Of a stretch of 64,000 nucleotides of DNA, positions 27,301 to 42,632 are shown piece after piece; position 1 is the first letter of the stretch, and the number at the start of each line of letters is the position of its first letter. The position numbers were made by a program, and so were the translations under genes. A model generated the notes under the pieces. That model had not been told where the DNA came from, ran no database searches, and saw only the letters and a list, made by a program, of their open reading frames with translations. This stretch comes from Bugula neritina (Eukaryota; Animalia; Bryozoa), in contig OZ037770.1 in assembly GCA_964035545.1 (NCBI GenBank), positions 14,126,642 through 14,190,641 on the forward strand, given 5' to 3'.

Positions 27301-29055
27301 CTTTAGCTTTCAAAATCATCAAATCGTTTAAACTTTTTCTTTGCTATTTCCAAATGGTGGTCAAAAAAATAAATTGCCAAATTGACTAGATCTTATTTTT
27401 GTAGCCTTTCTTTTCAGAGAGTTTTGACCTTGGGTTCGACATGCCAGACAATGGCGAGACGGACATGTCAGCTGTCGGCCCCGCCTCCCAGGTTATAGCC
27501 CAGGTTCATCAACAGGCGTCTCAGGACATCGACTCTATGAGCAAGAAACTTCCCTCTGGCTCTGACTTTCTCATAGCCTATGCTACAGTTCCCGGTAGGT
27601 AAATGTAAGGGACATACCCATTGGTCATCTGGATATGAGCTTTGTAGTGATTCGCTAGGATTTTAGTAATTCTAACTTTAAATCTTAGTAGGTTTTAGTA
27701 AGCAGAAACAGTAATGTAGCGATACAGGTTATATAAGTTATTTGTATTTAGTTATTTGTATTTCTTTAGAATAAACTTATGTTTTATATGCTGGAAATGC
27801 AGTGATTGAGATAGCATGTTTGAGTATTAGCACAGGTATAATTTTGGTGATTCCAAAAAGGTTTAAAAGCAGAAGGATTATGATTTGTAGCTTGTTATAA
27901 AATGCTAGAATGTATTATTACAATATGGTGCTCTTGTTTATATAATATAGTTTATATCATAGTTTAATGTCTTGTTGAAAGCTAAATGAATAATGAAAAA
28001 TAGCAAAAACATATTTGTGTGTTTCATTCTATTGGCTATTTGTGCTATATAGTATATTGTGTTCTGATATATTTACTATTTCATATAATATATATACTTC
28101 ATCATACATTTACCTTATTAGATAGATATACCTTTTCACATATGTTGTACTGTCATAAAAGTAGTATTGTATAATATTTCAAATAATGTATCACATGACG
28201 TATCATATGACGTATCACATGACGTATCGCATAACGTGTCACATGACGTATCACATGACGTATCACATGACGTATCACATGACGTATCACATGATGTATC
28301 ACATGATGTGTCACATGATGTATCACATGTTTCAGTGTATTAGGTTCCGTTGTTGTAGGGTTTGTGTCATGGAGGAACTCTGAGCAGGGAAGTTGGTTCA
28401 TTCAGGCCATGTGTGAGGTTTTCCTTAACAAGTATAAATATGAAGATGCCCTGAACATGTTGGTGGAGGTATGAATATTGTCTCAGTGTGTTACACGTGT
28501 TGTATGTAACTGTCTAACTCACTTTATTGCTTCATTTTATAATTCGTATTACTTGCATTGTATTACTCAAATAATAAGCTATACCTTAAGTATAACATTT
28601 AGTAATATATTTATTATGTAATGTTTAAATTTTGTATTTGTGGAACATGCTACATTTTATTATTGATATTTATCGGTGCCATTTTTATACTTGCACTAGA
28701 TTTATAAAGCTGCAGCTTTAAAGTGAGTTTTTTTAAATGTTTTTTTTGCAACTCATTAGGCCTCCAAAAAAGCAATAATTGTATCTGGTTATATAATCAA
28801 GTAGATATCCGCTAGCATCAACTCTTTTTCATTTTTTTCAGGTTTATCACTGAATAGTTATTAACCCAAATAAGCATATAATATAACTTTATTTTGCCTC
28901 TTCTGATCAGCATAGATATTAATACACTTTCCTTCTTGCAGGTTAACAACAAAGTGGCTACTATCTACGAATCAGCCACCAAACACAAGCAAATGCCTTC
29001 ACCTGTGGTGCTACTTCGCAAAAAGCTGTACTTCCTACCATTGGCTGAATCATAG
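21325..29055 (+). CDS. CARD-domain initiator caspase (caspase-9/2-like), about 595 aa
   Basis: Exons 21325-21456, 21990-22178, 23174-23435, 23609-23804, 23971-24104, 25045-25191, 26247-26353, 26736-26955, 27418-27594, 28359-28468 and 28942-29055 (1788 nt, in phase). N-terminal CARD (LWSHLLAKEIF..MIEHIQ...LTRRGP.AY), PRGYCIIINN, RLGTDVD, catalytic LTHG and QACRG, p10 GFVSWRN..GSWFIQ and KQMP...LRKKLYF. The linker exon boundaries are less certain. Confidence 0.92.
28187..28330. repeat. 12-bp tandem repeat (GTATCACATGAC), about 12 units
   Basis: Directly visible just upstream of the caspase exon-10 acceptor. Confidence 0.93.
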
Positions 29056-30859
29056 CTTTTTATCCAATAATATTCTCTCTTTCATAGCTTTGACATACTT
29101 TTTATTGCCATTAATACTTGGTATAATTTTTATAATCGTATTGAATTAAGTTTTTACTCATATTTTGTTGATATGCATATTTATGTATCTATATAGTGTT
29201 ACTGCTACCATAAAGGTAGTTTTCCCCGGTATGTTGCGCCGTATTTTGTTAAATTTTTCTGCGGTATCTCAGCTGGATGACGCACTGATGAAGAGAATTA
29301 ATTACGCTGCATATAAATTTCTACGTTACCTCTATATACACTATTTTATTTAATTTTTCTAATAATTGATTTTTAGCTAGTTAAATGCAAGCATTTTTAT
29401 GTTATTAACTGTAAATTAGAATTACCATGTTTTTTGTCATAGTGCTATTTCATCGTGTTATATACTATATTTTGTACATAATAGCTGCATAATGCACTAA
29501 TAATTTTTTTTATTTTTATGGCCAATTTTCTATCTCAATTTAGCTTTTACTAAATAGCTGTAATAGTGGTTATTGAAATGCGTAGTTGAATAAGTATGTT
29601 TAGGTTTTTTAATTAAGTTGTACTTTTCAAATTGTAATACTATTGTATATTTCAACTTATTCAGGAGTTATCTCTCTCTCCTATCATACACTACATCAAT
29701 CTGTATGCTATTTTGTTGTAAATAAAGAATTCACATTATAATTATTCGGTAAATCAGTTAAATCCCTAGTAGTAGCTTGTTTGTCACAGACTCTGCATAA
29801 TTATAGATATACTTACAACTTAAATTGCATTTGCAGGGCTAAAACAGTTGAAGGGAAGTAATAATTGACATAGCATTACTCTATTGCAGAATTAGAATCT
29901 TTTTCTGCAGTGGAGGTGAACCCTTGACTAAACTATTGTAACAACCAGAGAGCTAAAGGTTGACATAATTTAATTCATAAAAGCTTTCATTAGCAGGTAG
30001 GGATTCCCTTTTCTGCAAAACTGGGCATATAAGGAAATGATTGAAATATGAGCTCTTAGTAGAAATATCGCTAGAAGCAGCACTAACTTGGGGGTGACTA
30101 AGGACAATATTTCTATACGCGTGGTGTGAACTCCAAACTGGACCCAGTCGACTCTAACTCCGTGCTGCTTCAAGTGACTTTCTCTAAGTAAACACATTGC
30201 TTAGCCTTCCTTCCAGGATTGGTTATAACGCTAAATTAAGCTTTCAAACCTCATTGGTGGTATGCTTGTTAATACTGTATTATTCAAATTCTTTGGTTTT
30301 CAAATGTAAAAGCTAATTGCAAAATATAATAATGAAAACTTGTAATTAATACATTCTTTTAGATGGTCAAGTATGCTACGGCCATATATTAAGCACGACT
30401 GAGTTGTACAGTTTTTGACCCAAGTACAGGTATCTTGGGCATAGCATCACTATAGACTAGAGTCTTCTATAATACAGGTTTAGATTATTTTCGTGGGCTA
30501 AAGAGAATTAGCTTTGCAAATTACACATTATTTTAAGTACTTAGTAATAAAAAACATGATGTGTTATTTTATCAATATTTCTATTTAAAATTAAGTATGA
30601 TGTACATCTCATCAACAATTGATTGCTATAATTTTAAAGGTACAAGTTTTTTCAGTTGGCATTCTTCTTTTTTTGTCACAACGTAATACAAAATATATTA
30701 TTAAAAACCTTAAAATAATATTTAATAATCTAATGCAATACTAGCACCCAACAAAAACACAGTTGCTTTGTAGTTGTCTTTAAATCAGTTTAAATCAAAT
30801 AAATTTTATTATATTCAACTTTTAAAGCTAAATTTAAGCAAATTAATAGATTGTCAATT

Positions 30860-31816
30860 TTATGCAGTGGCGGCTGATCTCTTGGCTGGGGCTACCTTTG
30901 CCAGTATTTGAGGTTTAGTAAAGAGATTCTTAATGTGCAGCCGATAACCAGGGGTCATGTAGACATACAGAAGTGTGTTCAGGGCTCCGTATAGTGACTG
31001 AACAATAATGGCCGCCCATCTAGTAGCCGATATCACTGCAGATGAAATGCCACCCACGACGTCCAGAATTACCGCCACAAATGTGGGAACGTAGGAGATG
31101 TAGAACAGTAAGCATATTAGCAGAATGTACTGAGCTGATCTTTTAATCGTGCCATCATCTTTTGTTACTGCGTGTCTGTTTTGCATCTTGTTCAGCTCTT
31201 TCAACACTTTGTACAGACAGATGGTGCAGATGAAAGAAGTGATGGAAATTGATACACTGAAAATGACTGTCGTTTGAATGTTAGGAGATGGTGGCAACGA
31301 CCCAAACTCTCCAAAGCAATAGCCTGCAGTGTTGGTGGCTACTGATGCGGCCATTAAGCCCAAACAGCCAACCCAAATGGCTAAAATGCAAAGTCCTAAA
31401 TTATTAATAACTTTATTACTGTCAAGGTTTAAGGGATGACATATTGATGCAAACCTTTCGTAACTTCCCAAGGCGAGAACTGAGTTTCGAACTGTTGCAG
31501 TTGTCAAGCCAAATGTGAAGAAAACAATTTGCAGCCCCCGAGCGTGCGCTAGCGGCAAGTTGACGATGAGATTGTTCAGACCGCAGTTGATCATCAAAAT
31601 GTAGGACAGACTCGCAGTTATGTCAGAAATCCCTATGTTGATGATTATCCAATAGTACGGAGTCTTTTTAGATTTGTTCACTGTACTCAACACACACAAA
31701 TTTAGAATGTTAAGCAAAATGCTCACCGCATTGAATGAGACGTATGCTGTGGATATGGTAGAGCAGGCGCACAACTCTGTGTCATTGCCTCTGCTGCAAA
31801 GCAATGAATTTTCCAT
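30860..31816 (-). CDS. Intronless rhodopsin-like (class A) GPCR, 318 aa, orphan or chemoreceptor-like
   Basis: ATG at 31816; seven hydrophobic segments; N-glycosylation site NDT; TM1 Asn; TM2 ISD; DRY variant SYERF.SICHP; TM6 ISYVP; TM7 LNTLLYVY. Confidence 0.85.
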   Translation of the reverse strand: MENSLLCSRGNDTELCACSTISTAYVSFNAVSILLNILNLCVLSTVNKSKKTPYYWIIINIGISDITASLSYILMINCGLNNLIVNLPLAHARGLQIVFFTFGLTTATVRNSVLALGSYERFASICHPLNLDSNKVINNLGLCILAIWVGCLGLMAASVATNTAGYCFGEFGSLPPSPNIQTTVIFSVSISITSFICTICLYKVLKELNKMQNRHAVTKDDGTIKRSAQYILLICLLFYISYVPTFVAVILDVVGGISSAVISATRWAAIIVQSLYGALNTLLYVYMTPGYRLHIKNLFTKPQILAKVAPAKRSAATA

Positions 31817-33721
31817 GTTTGTACTGCTTGAATGCAGTTGTGGTGTAAAGAGCAAGTTGAAACGTACTTTGTTAAAAGATCAACAATATTTTGTGACTTG
31901 CAGCACACCGCATTACACACGTCAGCTAAGATGAAGCCAACAAAAATGAATAAACACACTATGTAGACATGCATAAGCGAGTTGAAGTTTCTTAAATGCT
32001 ATTGGCCAATTCAAAGATGATTTCAATTTATTTTAAGGAGTTAGTAGGTGTATGGTATATACGCATAAATTATATTTTATATATAAGGAAAATTGAATTA
32101 TATTGTAGTTTATATAAATTGCATAAAAATATTTAATATTATGCGGCTTAAATTATTGTAATTTACATTATGAAACTGCTGTGTAAATTCTCAATATATT
32201 TGTTATATAGTTTTTGAGCACAATGTTTTGCTAAAATCAGATATTAAATTGCTAATTAATGGTATATGGTATATTATAGTGGTATATTTATTGTGTTCAA
32301 TTATTGCTAATTAAACGAAAGAATCACATTCTCAGTCAAAATGTGTATTTGCTATTTTTGATAATAATAAATTAATCTATAATTCTTCAGCTCCATGCTC
32401 TATAATATATTGCTAAAATAAATTGGATGATAAAAAGGTTCACTGTGATTTAAATAAAATGTTTGTCTATAGCAAGCGAACTCTGTTTAAAACTCATTTC
32501 TGAATTTTATTAGACAATATTATAGCAAGTTGAAAGCAATGCTTTATTGCATAATATGCATCATGCGATATTTCTACTAGGAGTTATCTTCTATATCTAT
32601 GTTTAAAAAAGAAAGAAATATTATTTCACTAAATACTATTAGTGTGCATTGAAGACAAATCTGAATAGTGTGAAAGAATTGTTTTGTAAAATTCCATCGT
32701 TAAAATAAGACAACACTAAATAGTAGTACGTAAATATTTAGCTTAGGACGTATTGGGTTGCTAAAATAATAATTAATAATCAATGCTATGATGACATATG
32801 CTAAAAGCAGAAATTAAATAAATGTGCCTAAATTATGTAACCCACTCATGTCAATGAATAAACTAAGACAGGAAGTTTATTTGAATGTGTAATAGGCTGT
32901 CAATGTGGAAGAGTTTCCAGGTCATTATTTTCAGGTTGTTCAGTTGCAAAATTTGGAGTTATCTGCTCAAATAAAACGTATGATTGAGTAGGTAATAAAG
33001 TAGTTGCTGATAACCATTCTAACACAATCTTTATTCAATTTAGCACACAACACTCTATAATCAAAAAAGGACTTTAGAGTAATACATGTATACAAAGGCA
33101 ATGAGTAAGATCTAAATGAGCAGAAAAAAAGCAAAAAAATGATCAAAGCACATTTTATCCCTTGGTGATAAAATCGTTAAGACTGTTATTTCAATAGCAA
33201 GCAATTTAGAGCTGTCCAATTTAAAATATCTTCACAAATATCAGAAAAACAAACTAATTACATTTTATAATATACATGAACCGTATAACTCTCACAGTTT
33301 AAATATTTTCCATAAATCTCACACATTAATCTATATCAAAAAAACAAAAACATATTTAATTATTATACCACCATGCAATAAAAGTAGATATTTTAAACAG
33401 CAAAACATGTTTAAAGCAAGAAAGCTTTTACTGCATGGAGCTTACAAATTACAATTTTTTATATTTTAAACTTTTTTTAATTATAAAATGCATGACAAGG
33501 CATATATCCTAGCACATTATGAGAACAGAAGTTGAAAGAAGTAAAACAATTTTTTAAAAACTTACCAATTAAGGTGTTTAAAGAATAAAGTTTTTGCACA
33601 GCAAGTTTTGAACAGTTTAAGCAATGAAAATGTGTGAAACTTTGTAAAAATTTAGTTCTTAAATTATAGTTATTATAAAAAAACTTTCAATTTCTTATAA
33701 ATTACTCTCGTATTTTAAAAT

Positions 33722-35732
<2,011 letters not shown>

Positions 35733-36110
35733 TATCTTAGGATCCCGCAAGCCCTTCTCTCGCATAAATAACTTTACATAAGTTTTAGAAGTAATTTGAA
35801 AATGCTCTGCATAAAAAAATCAATAACAGAAATGTTAATAGCTTGGGAAAAGTAAACCAAGCTGTACATTATATAATATTATACATTATGAAAATGTGTT
35901 TCTTTGATTTAAGCTTGGAAGACCATTAAAGTAATTACAATTTCATGAGACTAGGACATCGCACTTTGCACATAAAATATCTTAAGCTCTAGATTTGCAA
36001 TGAAATTCTAATTCTGTTAACAGAACTTTTGACCAATTGTAAAAAAAATCTAATGAATACAATTGCAGAGTTTTGCCTAACACCGCTTTTTCACAAACGT
36101 AGATCTATAT

Positions 36111-36208
36111 GATGATGCGTTTCCTTAATAGTTTCAAGGATGAAACTATTAAGGAAACGCATCATCCTATACTATTTCATCCTATACTAATAGGATGAAA
36201 TAGTATAG
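36111..36208. repeat. Two abutting perfect hairpins (26-bp arms with a 4-nt loop; 19-bp arms with a 4-nt loop)
   Basis: 36111-36136 pairs with 36141-36166, and 36167-36185 with 36190-36208, as exact reverse complements. Confidence 0.92.
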
Positions 36209-37131
36209 ATAGTTTTGTTCGCATGAACATACAGTTGGGGTTTCATTAGATAAAACTGTTTCCAAACATCAATGAACAATTCTTTTGCATAATCCAAAGC
36301 TTAGACACATATGTATAGATGTTTTTCAACAAAAATTTTTCATAGCATATTATAAAACAGTTATTTCATATATTATATCATAGGTCACTAAAACAACTAA
36401 TACATAACAATTTATTGCAGTAAAACATTAAAAACACTTGCTGATTAGGAAACAGTTTTTTATTGATTAATACAATATTATTTTCTGTAGACATAAACCT
36501 ATAGCAGGCAGTGACCAAGATAAATGGGATCATGCTATTTTGATAGCAGTTATACTTCGAATTGACACAAAACTTTCAGGGTACTCAAGTAAAACAGTCT
36601 TTTTCTTCGTAAATTGGACATGTTTAGGTATAATAAAAGAACATAAACTCTGGTATTAAAAATGTTTATTAGGAGAAAAGTTTAAATATAATTACTCATC
36701 TGCGATAATTTGCACAAATTTTTTTTACAAGAGTACCAGTTGCTATAACTTGGCTTGTCTGGATAACATTTTTTTTCACACACATATTTAGGAGTAGATA
36801 AGTGTTTTGAACATCAACACATGCTGAAAGCAAAATATCTTCTACTATGACAGGTTACAAATTACAATGTCTAAATATTTGTTTGCATTTTATCTTATAC
36901 ACGGTATGACATCCTAACACATTATGAGAACACAGTTTTAAGAAGATAAGACAACCTTCATCATCTCGGAGAAAAATCCTCAAAAAAGTGTTTAAGGGAG
37001 AAAAATTCTACAACAAAAAGTTTTAAGCAGTTCAAGCAATACAGATATATGTAAGACTTTTCAAATAAAGGTTATCACAGAAAATTATTGCAGAATGTTC
37101 CTTTAACTTCTTTTTCATGAAACATTTTTGT

Positions 37132-38807
37132 TTAATAGCCATGGACTTCAACTTCATACAAGTTTACTACAGTAGTTGCATTAAACAGAATCTGAACAAA
37201 TCGGCCTCTGATTGGTTGATCACATGTAATCAGAGTGTAGTATTGGTTGAGATAGCCATCAACATATTTACACAGAACTTCTCGGTTAGATCCAGTAAAC
37301 TCTATATCTTCCTCTACTATACTAACTGTTACTTCTGTGTTTACTGATCTCTGAAACCATGCTTTCCCTACAAAGTATGGCGCTCCTCTTATACATTGAA
37401 AAAGAGAGTGGAATAGCCAATACATAATAAACATAGTATTGAATAAAATTGCTATAAACTTATATATATATAACATGAAAGTAATAAAGCAAGCATATCT
37501 TACTATTTAGAATGTTCACAGCCCAAACGCAATGAGTCTCCAAAAGATCCACTCTCCACCAAGGTCTGTACTGTGTCTTGGAATGAGCCATTGAAATTTC
37601 AGGGTATGAGTCATTGTAAACACCATCTACAGCTAGCCCAGCTTCGCATACCAAGTGAAATGGTGTAACTTGGATAGAAACAATCTTTGCCGGTTTACCT
37701 GCGTAAATGACAAAACTTATATATGAAACAAATGCATGACTGTGATGCTTTCGGTGGTTATAAATAGCATTTGAATTGTGAGACTTCTGCATTGTTTATA
37801 TATCATATTACTAATGCTTTTTGAAATGAGATCGTTATCAATCATTAAAGTTAAATTTAATTCAAAAAATTCTCAGCAAAGAATCATAAAAGTAACAAAA
37901 TGTAGACTGAAAAAGTATTCAGATAAACGATAATGATACCTCTAGCTAAAACTTTACTCAATTTGGGTCTAGCATCTTTTGCCACGTAGAAATCATGCCC
38001 AGTTCTTCGTCCTTCAGAATATAGATTGAAGTCGACACAAGTTATATAATAACACTTCTTGGTTAGCCAATCATATGCAAGTCCTTGACAATCTTCCAAT
38101 TGGTTACATTGTAGAGCACAGTGACTGGTGGAGGGGAATGGCTCAGAGTCATGTGACGTCAGATCCGTTATAGAAGAGTTCTCAGGTAGAACGTAACTTG
38201 TGTAGATAACTGTTCGGTGGCCAGATATGATCAAAGGGAGTAGCCCACCAATGAGCACTCCTGAAACAAAATACAAGATATTTGTTGCATGTGATGCTAA
38301 TTTGTAACAAATAAAAACAGCTAGAACTAGTGTTTGTTTTCTTTTGCAAACTCGATTCTAAAGTTTCTAAAACACAACTGTAGCACGCTTTCGAAATGAG
38401 TGCAGTTACACCTGGTACCAAAGCCTGATTACATAATATGCTATATAAAAATTATTTTGTAGGTAAATTGTCACAAAAGACAAAAATTAAGACGGATAGA
38501 TCAATTAAAAAAGATTTATTAAAGTGAATACAAACTTACATGAGATCACTCCAGACTAATACATTTTACAAAGTTTATAAACATTATAATAAATAAGTTT
38601 GTCAAAATAATTTACATCTGTTTGATAAACATTCCATGATACCTGTAAGCACTCCTTTATTGTGAAGCACTCCTGATTCTTTGAGAACAAGGAATCAGGG
38701 GTATTGTATTGTATCTGATAACACAAGTCACCTGCCACTTTTATATTAAAATGCTTTAGAAAAACTTAAAAATATTGTGACTTACCATAAAGGTTTAATA
38801 CATTCAT
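37132..38807 (-). CDS. Secreted PAN + F-type lectin, copy B, 257 aa
   Basis: Exons 38807-38786, 38260-37940, 37698-37504 and 37367-37132, in phase; same motifs as copy A. Confidence 0.85.
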
Positions 38808-39677
38808 CACCTTGGACTTTGTAACCTCTTCTGCCATATATATTAGTTTATTTGAATTTTAAACGAGCTTTGAAGCCGCAATAGCATAGAAAAAATCAAT
38901 AGCTAATATATAATTGCGTAACAAAAGCGAACCACCTTTTCCAATTGATTTAGGTTCTAAACGGCAATAAATAAATTACACTGTTATAATACTATAGCTA
39001 GAACATTGAACTTTGCACATCAGAATATTAAGATATCTAAATTTGAAATGAAATTTAACTTATGTTTGAAATTTTGATGAGAAAGTTAAAGAGAATTGGC
39101 ACTAATATTATTTAAGTGGAACATTTTTGTCATCCTTTTATAATTACTATCGATTGTTTCTAAGAAATGCAAAAGAGAATAATAAAACCATAGTATAAAT
39201 TACCGCAGTATATATATAGGAATATATATTTATTATAATCTCAACAGATCTATATTAAACTCCAACAACTTTTCTAAGTAGTAAATGTATGTATAACAGC
39301 TATTTAATATATTTTATATAAGGCACAAAGCTTTTGATATGCTGTCAACCAAATTAAATTATTATTAAAAACATTTGCTGAGTAAGAAGTACTGTTTTTA
39401 TAATTGCTTGATATACACCATATCTTATCATCATTGATGAATTGGCATAAATTGTCACCAAAAAATTGCCTAATATTATCAAAACAAAGTGTCTCACTTG
39501 TATAGCATGCAGTATATGCTAGCAGCAATTGGTAAACTGCAAGGAATCCCTTTTCAGCTCATCTTGTTTGTGCACACAACTCCAGTTATTACAGCTTTAA
39601 ATTCATTATAACTATCAAACAACCCATTAAACAGATTAATTATGATATAAAAGTAGTTTGAAGCCAACACATCTTAC

Positions 39678-41013
39678 TATTAGAATGTTCACAGCCCAGA
39701 CACAATGAGTCTCCAAAAGATCCACTCTCCACCAAGGTCTCAGCTGTAGTTCGGAATGAGCCATTGAATTCTCAGGATATGAGTCATTGTAAATACCGTC
39801 TACAGCTAGCCCAGCTTCGCATATCAAACCATAAGGTGTTACATAAATAGAAACCATCTTAGCTGGTTTACCTGCATAGGCAGCAGAGTTACACAATGGA
39901 TGTATAATGACTGTGATACTTTCTGTGGTTATAAATAACATAATTATTATTTGTGAGACTTTGACAGTGTTTATGTATTACTAGCTTTTTATTATAGAAA
40001 AAAACAACTTTTAACCAATAAAGTTAAATATTTATACATAAAATACTCAGTGCTAAATATGACAAAATATAAACTCCAGTATTAATATGCTAAACACTGA
40101 CTGTCATAATTACTTCTAGCTAAGAGTGTGTTCGATTTGGGTGTAGCATCTTTTGCCACGTAGAAATCATACCCATCTCCTCTTCCTTCAGAATACAGGT
40201 TCCTGTCAATGTACGTTTTCAGAGAGCACTTCTTGGTTGACCAATCAAATAAAAGTCCTTGACATTTTTCCATCCGGTTACATTGTGGAGCACAGTGACT
40301 GGTGGAGGGAGATGACTCTGAGTCATGTGACGTCAGATTTGTTATTGAAAGATCGAGTTCTCAGGTAGAAGATAACTTGTGTAGAGAACTGTTCGGTGGC
40401 CAGATATGAGCAGAGGAAGTAGCCCACCAGTGAACACTATATAATGAAGCAAAAACTATACATATTTAAGGAATCACTGACAATGATGCCAATTATTGTA
40501 GGAAATTGTAACAATTAATGGAATTATATTTTATTTTAGCTTTTTGTTTTTCTGCATTTAAATTTTTAACGTGCAGCCTTTCAAAATCAATACAGCTACA
40601 TCCGGTACCAAAACTGATTTACATATGTTAGACAGCAATTATTTTGTAGTTGAAAAACTTTACTAACTATGAAAAACTGCAAGATTAAAAAGAATTCGAT
40701 TCAATCACTAAAATATATCAGCAAAAACACAAATTTGCATTGTGTCACTTCAGACTAATGTTTTTCACTTCAATTACATATCAGAAATATAGAAAATAAA
40801 TTTGCTAACATAACTTAACCTATCACAATATCACGAATTGCAAAAGTTTTTATGACTGATGCTTGCCTCAAAACAAAATAAAACTACTATATTATTATAT
40901 TGACTTTGCTTGATCTCAAAATTTCTCATGAAACTACCTAGCATTATTATTTTGAAAAGCTTGATAGAAAATTAAAGAATAATATGTGTTTTACCCCAAA
41001 GTATGGATATCAT
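39678..41013 (-). pseudogene. PAN + F-type lectin copy C: last exon missing, two frameshifts
   Basis: Exons 41013-40995, 40436-40114 and 39871-39678. A +5-nt insertion near 40350 leads to TAA; there is a 1-nt deletion near 39681; exon 4 is absent because the duplication junction lies at about 39644. Confidence 0.82.
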
Positions 41014-42350
41014 ATTCTTAGGATTCCGCCAGCTCTTCTGTTGCATAAATAACTTTATACATAAGTTTTAGAAGTAATTTGAAGATACTATGCATAAAAA
41101 AATTAATAACAAAAATGTTATAGCTGCTTGGGAAAAGTAAACCAAACTGTACAATATATAATAATAATATATACATTATGAAAATGGGTTTCTTTGACTT
41201 AAGCTTTGAAAACCATTAAAATAATTACAATGTCATAACATTAGGACATTGCACTTTGCACATACAATATCTTAAACTCTAGATTTGTTAACGGAGCTCT
41301 TGATAAACCACAAGGAAAAAATTTATTAAATACAATCACGGGTTTTGCCTAATACCGCTTTTTCACCAACGTAGATCTACATAATGATGCGTTTCATTAA
41401 TAGCTAGATTTAAATGGGTTTGTAAAACATTAAAGTATGGATAGTTTTGTGGTTGCAGTTTGCATAAACTACAGTTGGGGTTTCATTAGATGCAACTGTT
41501 CCCAAACACCAATGAAAAATTCATTTGCATAATTCAAAGCTTAGACACGGATGTATATAAGTGTTCTTCAAAAACAATTTTTTATAGCATATTATGCAAC
41601 AGTTTTTTCATATATTATATTATAGGTCACTAAAACGTTTAATACATAACAATTAATCGCAGTAAAATATTAAAAACATGCACTTGCTGATTAAGAAGCA
41701 GTTTTTTTATTGTTTGATAGAATATATTCTATAGACATAAATTCAGCAAGCACTGACTATAATGATTAATGGGATCATGCTATTTTGATATCCGTTATAT
41801 ATACTTCAAATTGATACAAAACGTTCAGGGTAAAGTCAAGTATAACAGTCTTTTGCTTTGTAAACTGGACATATGTTTAAGTATAATAAGTCAACATAAA
41901 CCCTGGTATTAAAAATGTTTATTAGGAGAAAAGTTTAAATATAATTACTTATCTGCAATAATTTGCACAAATTTTTTTTACAAAAGTACCAGTTGCTATA
42001 ATTTGGCTTGTCTGGATAACATTTTTCTCTCACATGCGGCAGCACCCCATTCACGCAGCCTAAGTGCTTATCGAGCATAAGCCAGTGATTGGCACAACAA
42101 CCCACGCTGTGTACAAGAGGCTGGTGACGGTTTCACCCAAACATAAACGCTGACCATGTCGTCACTCCTGCCATCTACATCATTAACCTTTTGTGTGTTG
42201 GCATTAAAAGTTTGTCGTGCAGCAGAAGCATTAAAAAATCTGAATCTTCTTTGACATCTATAACAAACTTGCTGGAGTGATTCTTTCCTTCTCTGCAACT
42301 TTTTTGATTGTTCTGTGGTTTTCCCTACAATCCTATTGCTGCTCAACTTT

Positions 42351-42632
<282 letters not shown>

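Noticed and set aside
28153-28401. HVIR and TYHM repeat ORFs
   Set aside because: Translations of the 12-bp intronic minisatellite.
31817-31855. Longer GPCR N-terminus in the ORF track
   Set aside because: Begins at TTG; the first ATG is at 31816.
39304-39528. Duplicated 74-aa ORF (also 48052-48276)
   Set aside because: Starts at a non-ATG codon, has no motif, and its conservation is explained by the segmental duplication.
42040-42350. Cys-containing frame (CYRCQRRF) next to (TA)n
   Set aside because: No start or splice support and no complete zinc-finger pattern; at most an unidentified repeat fragment.
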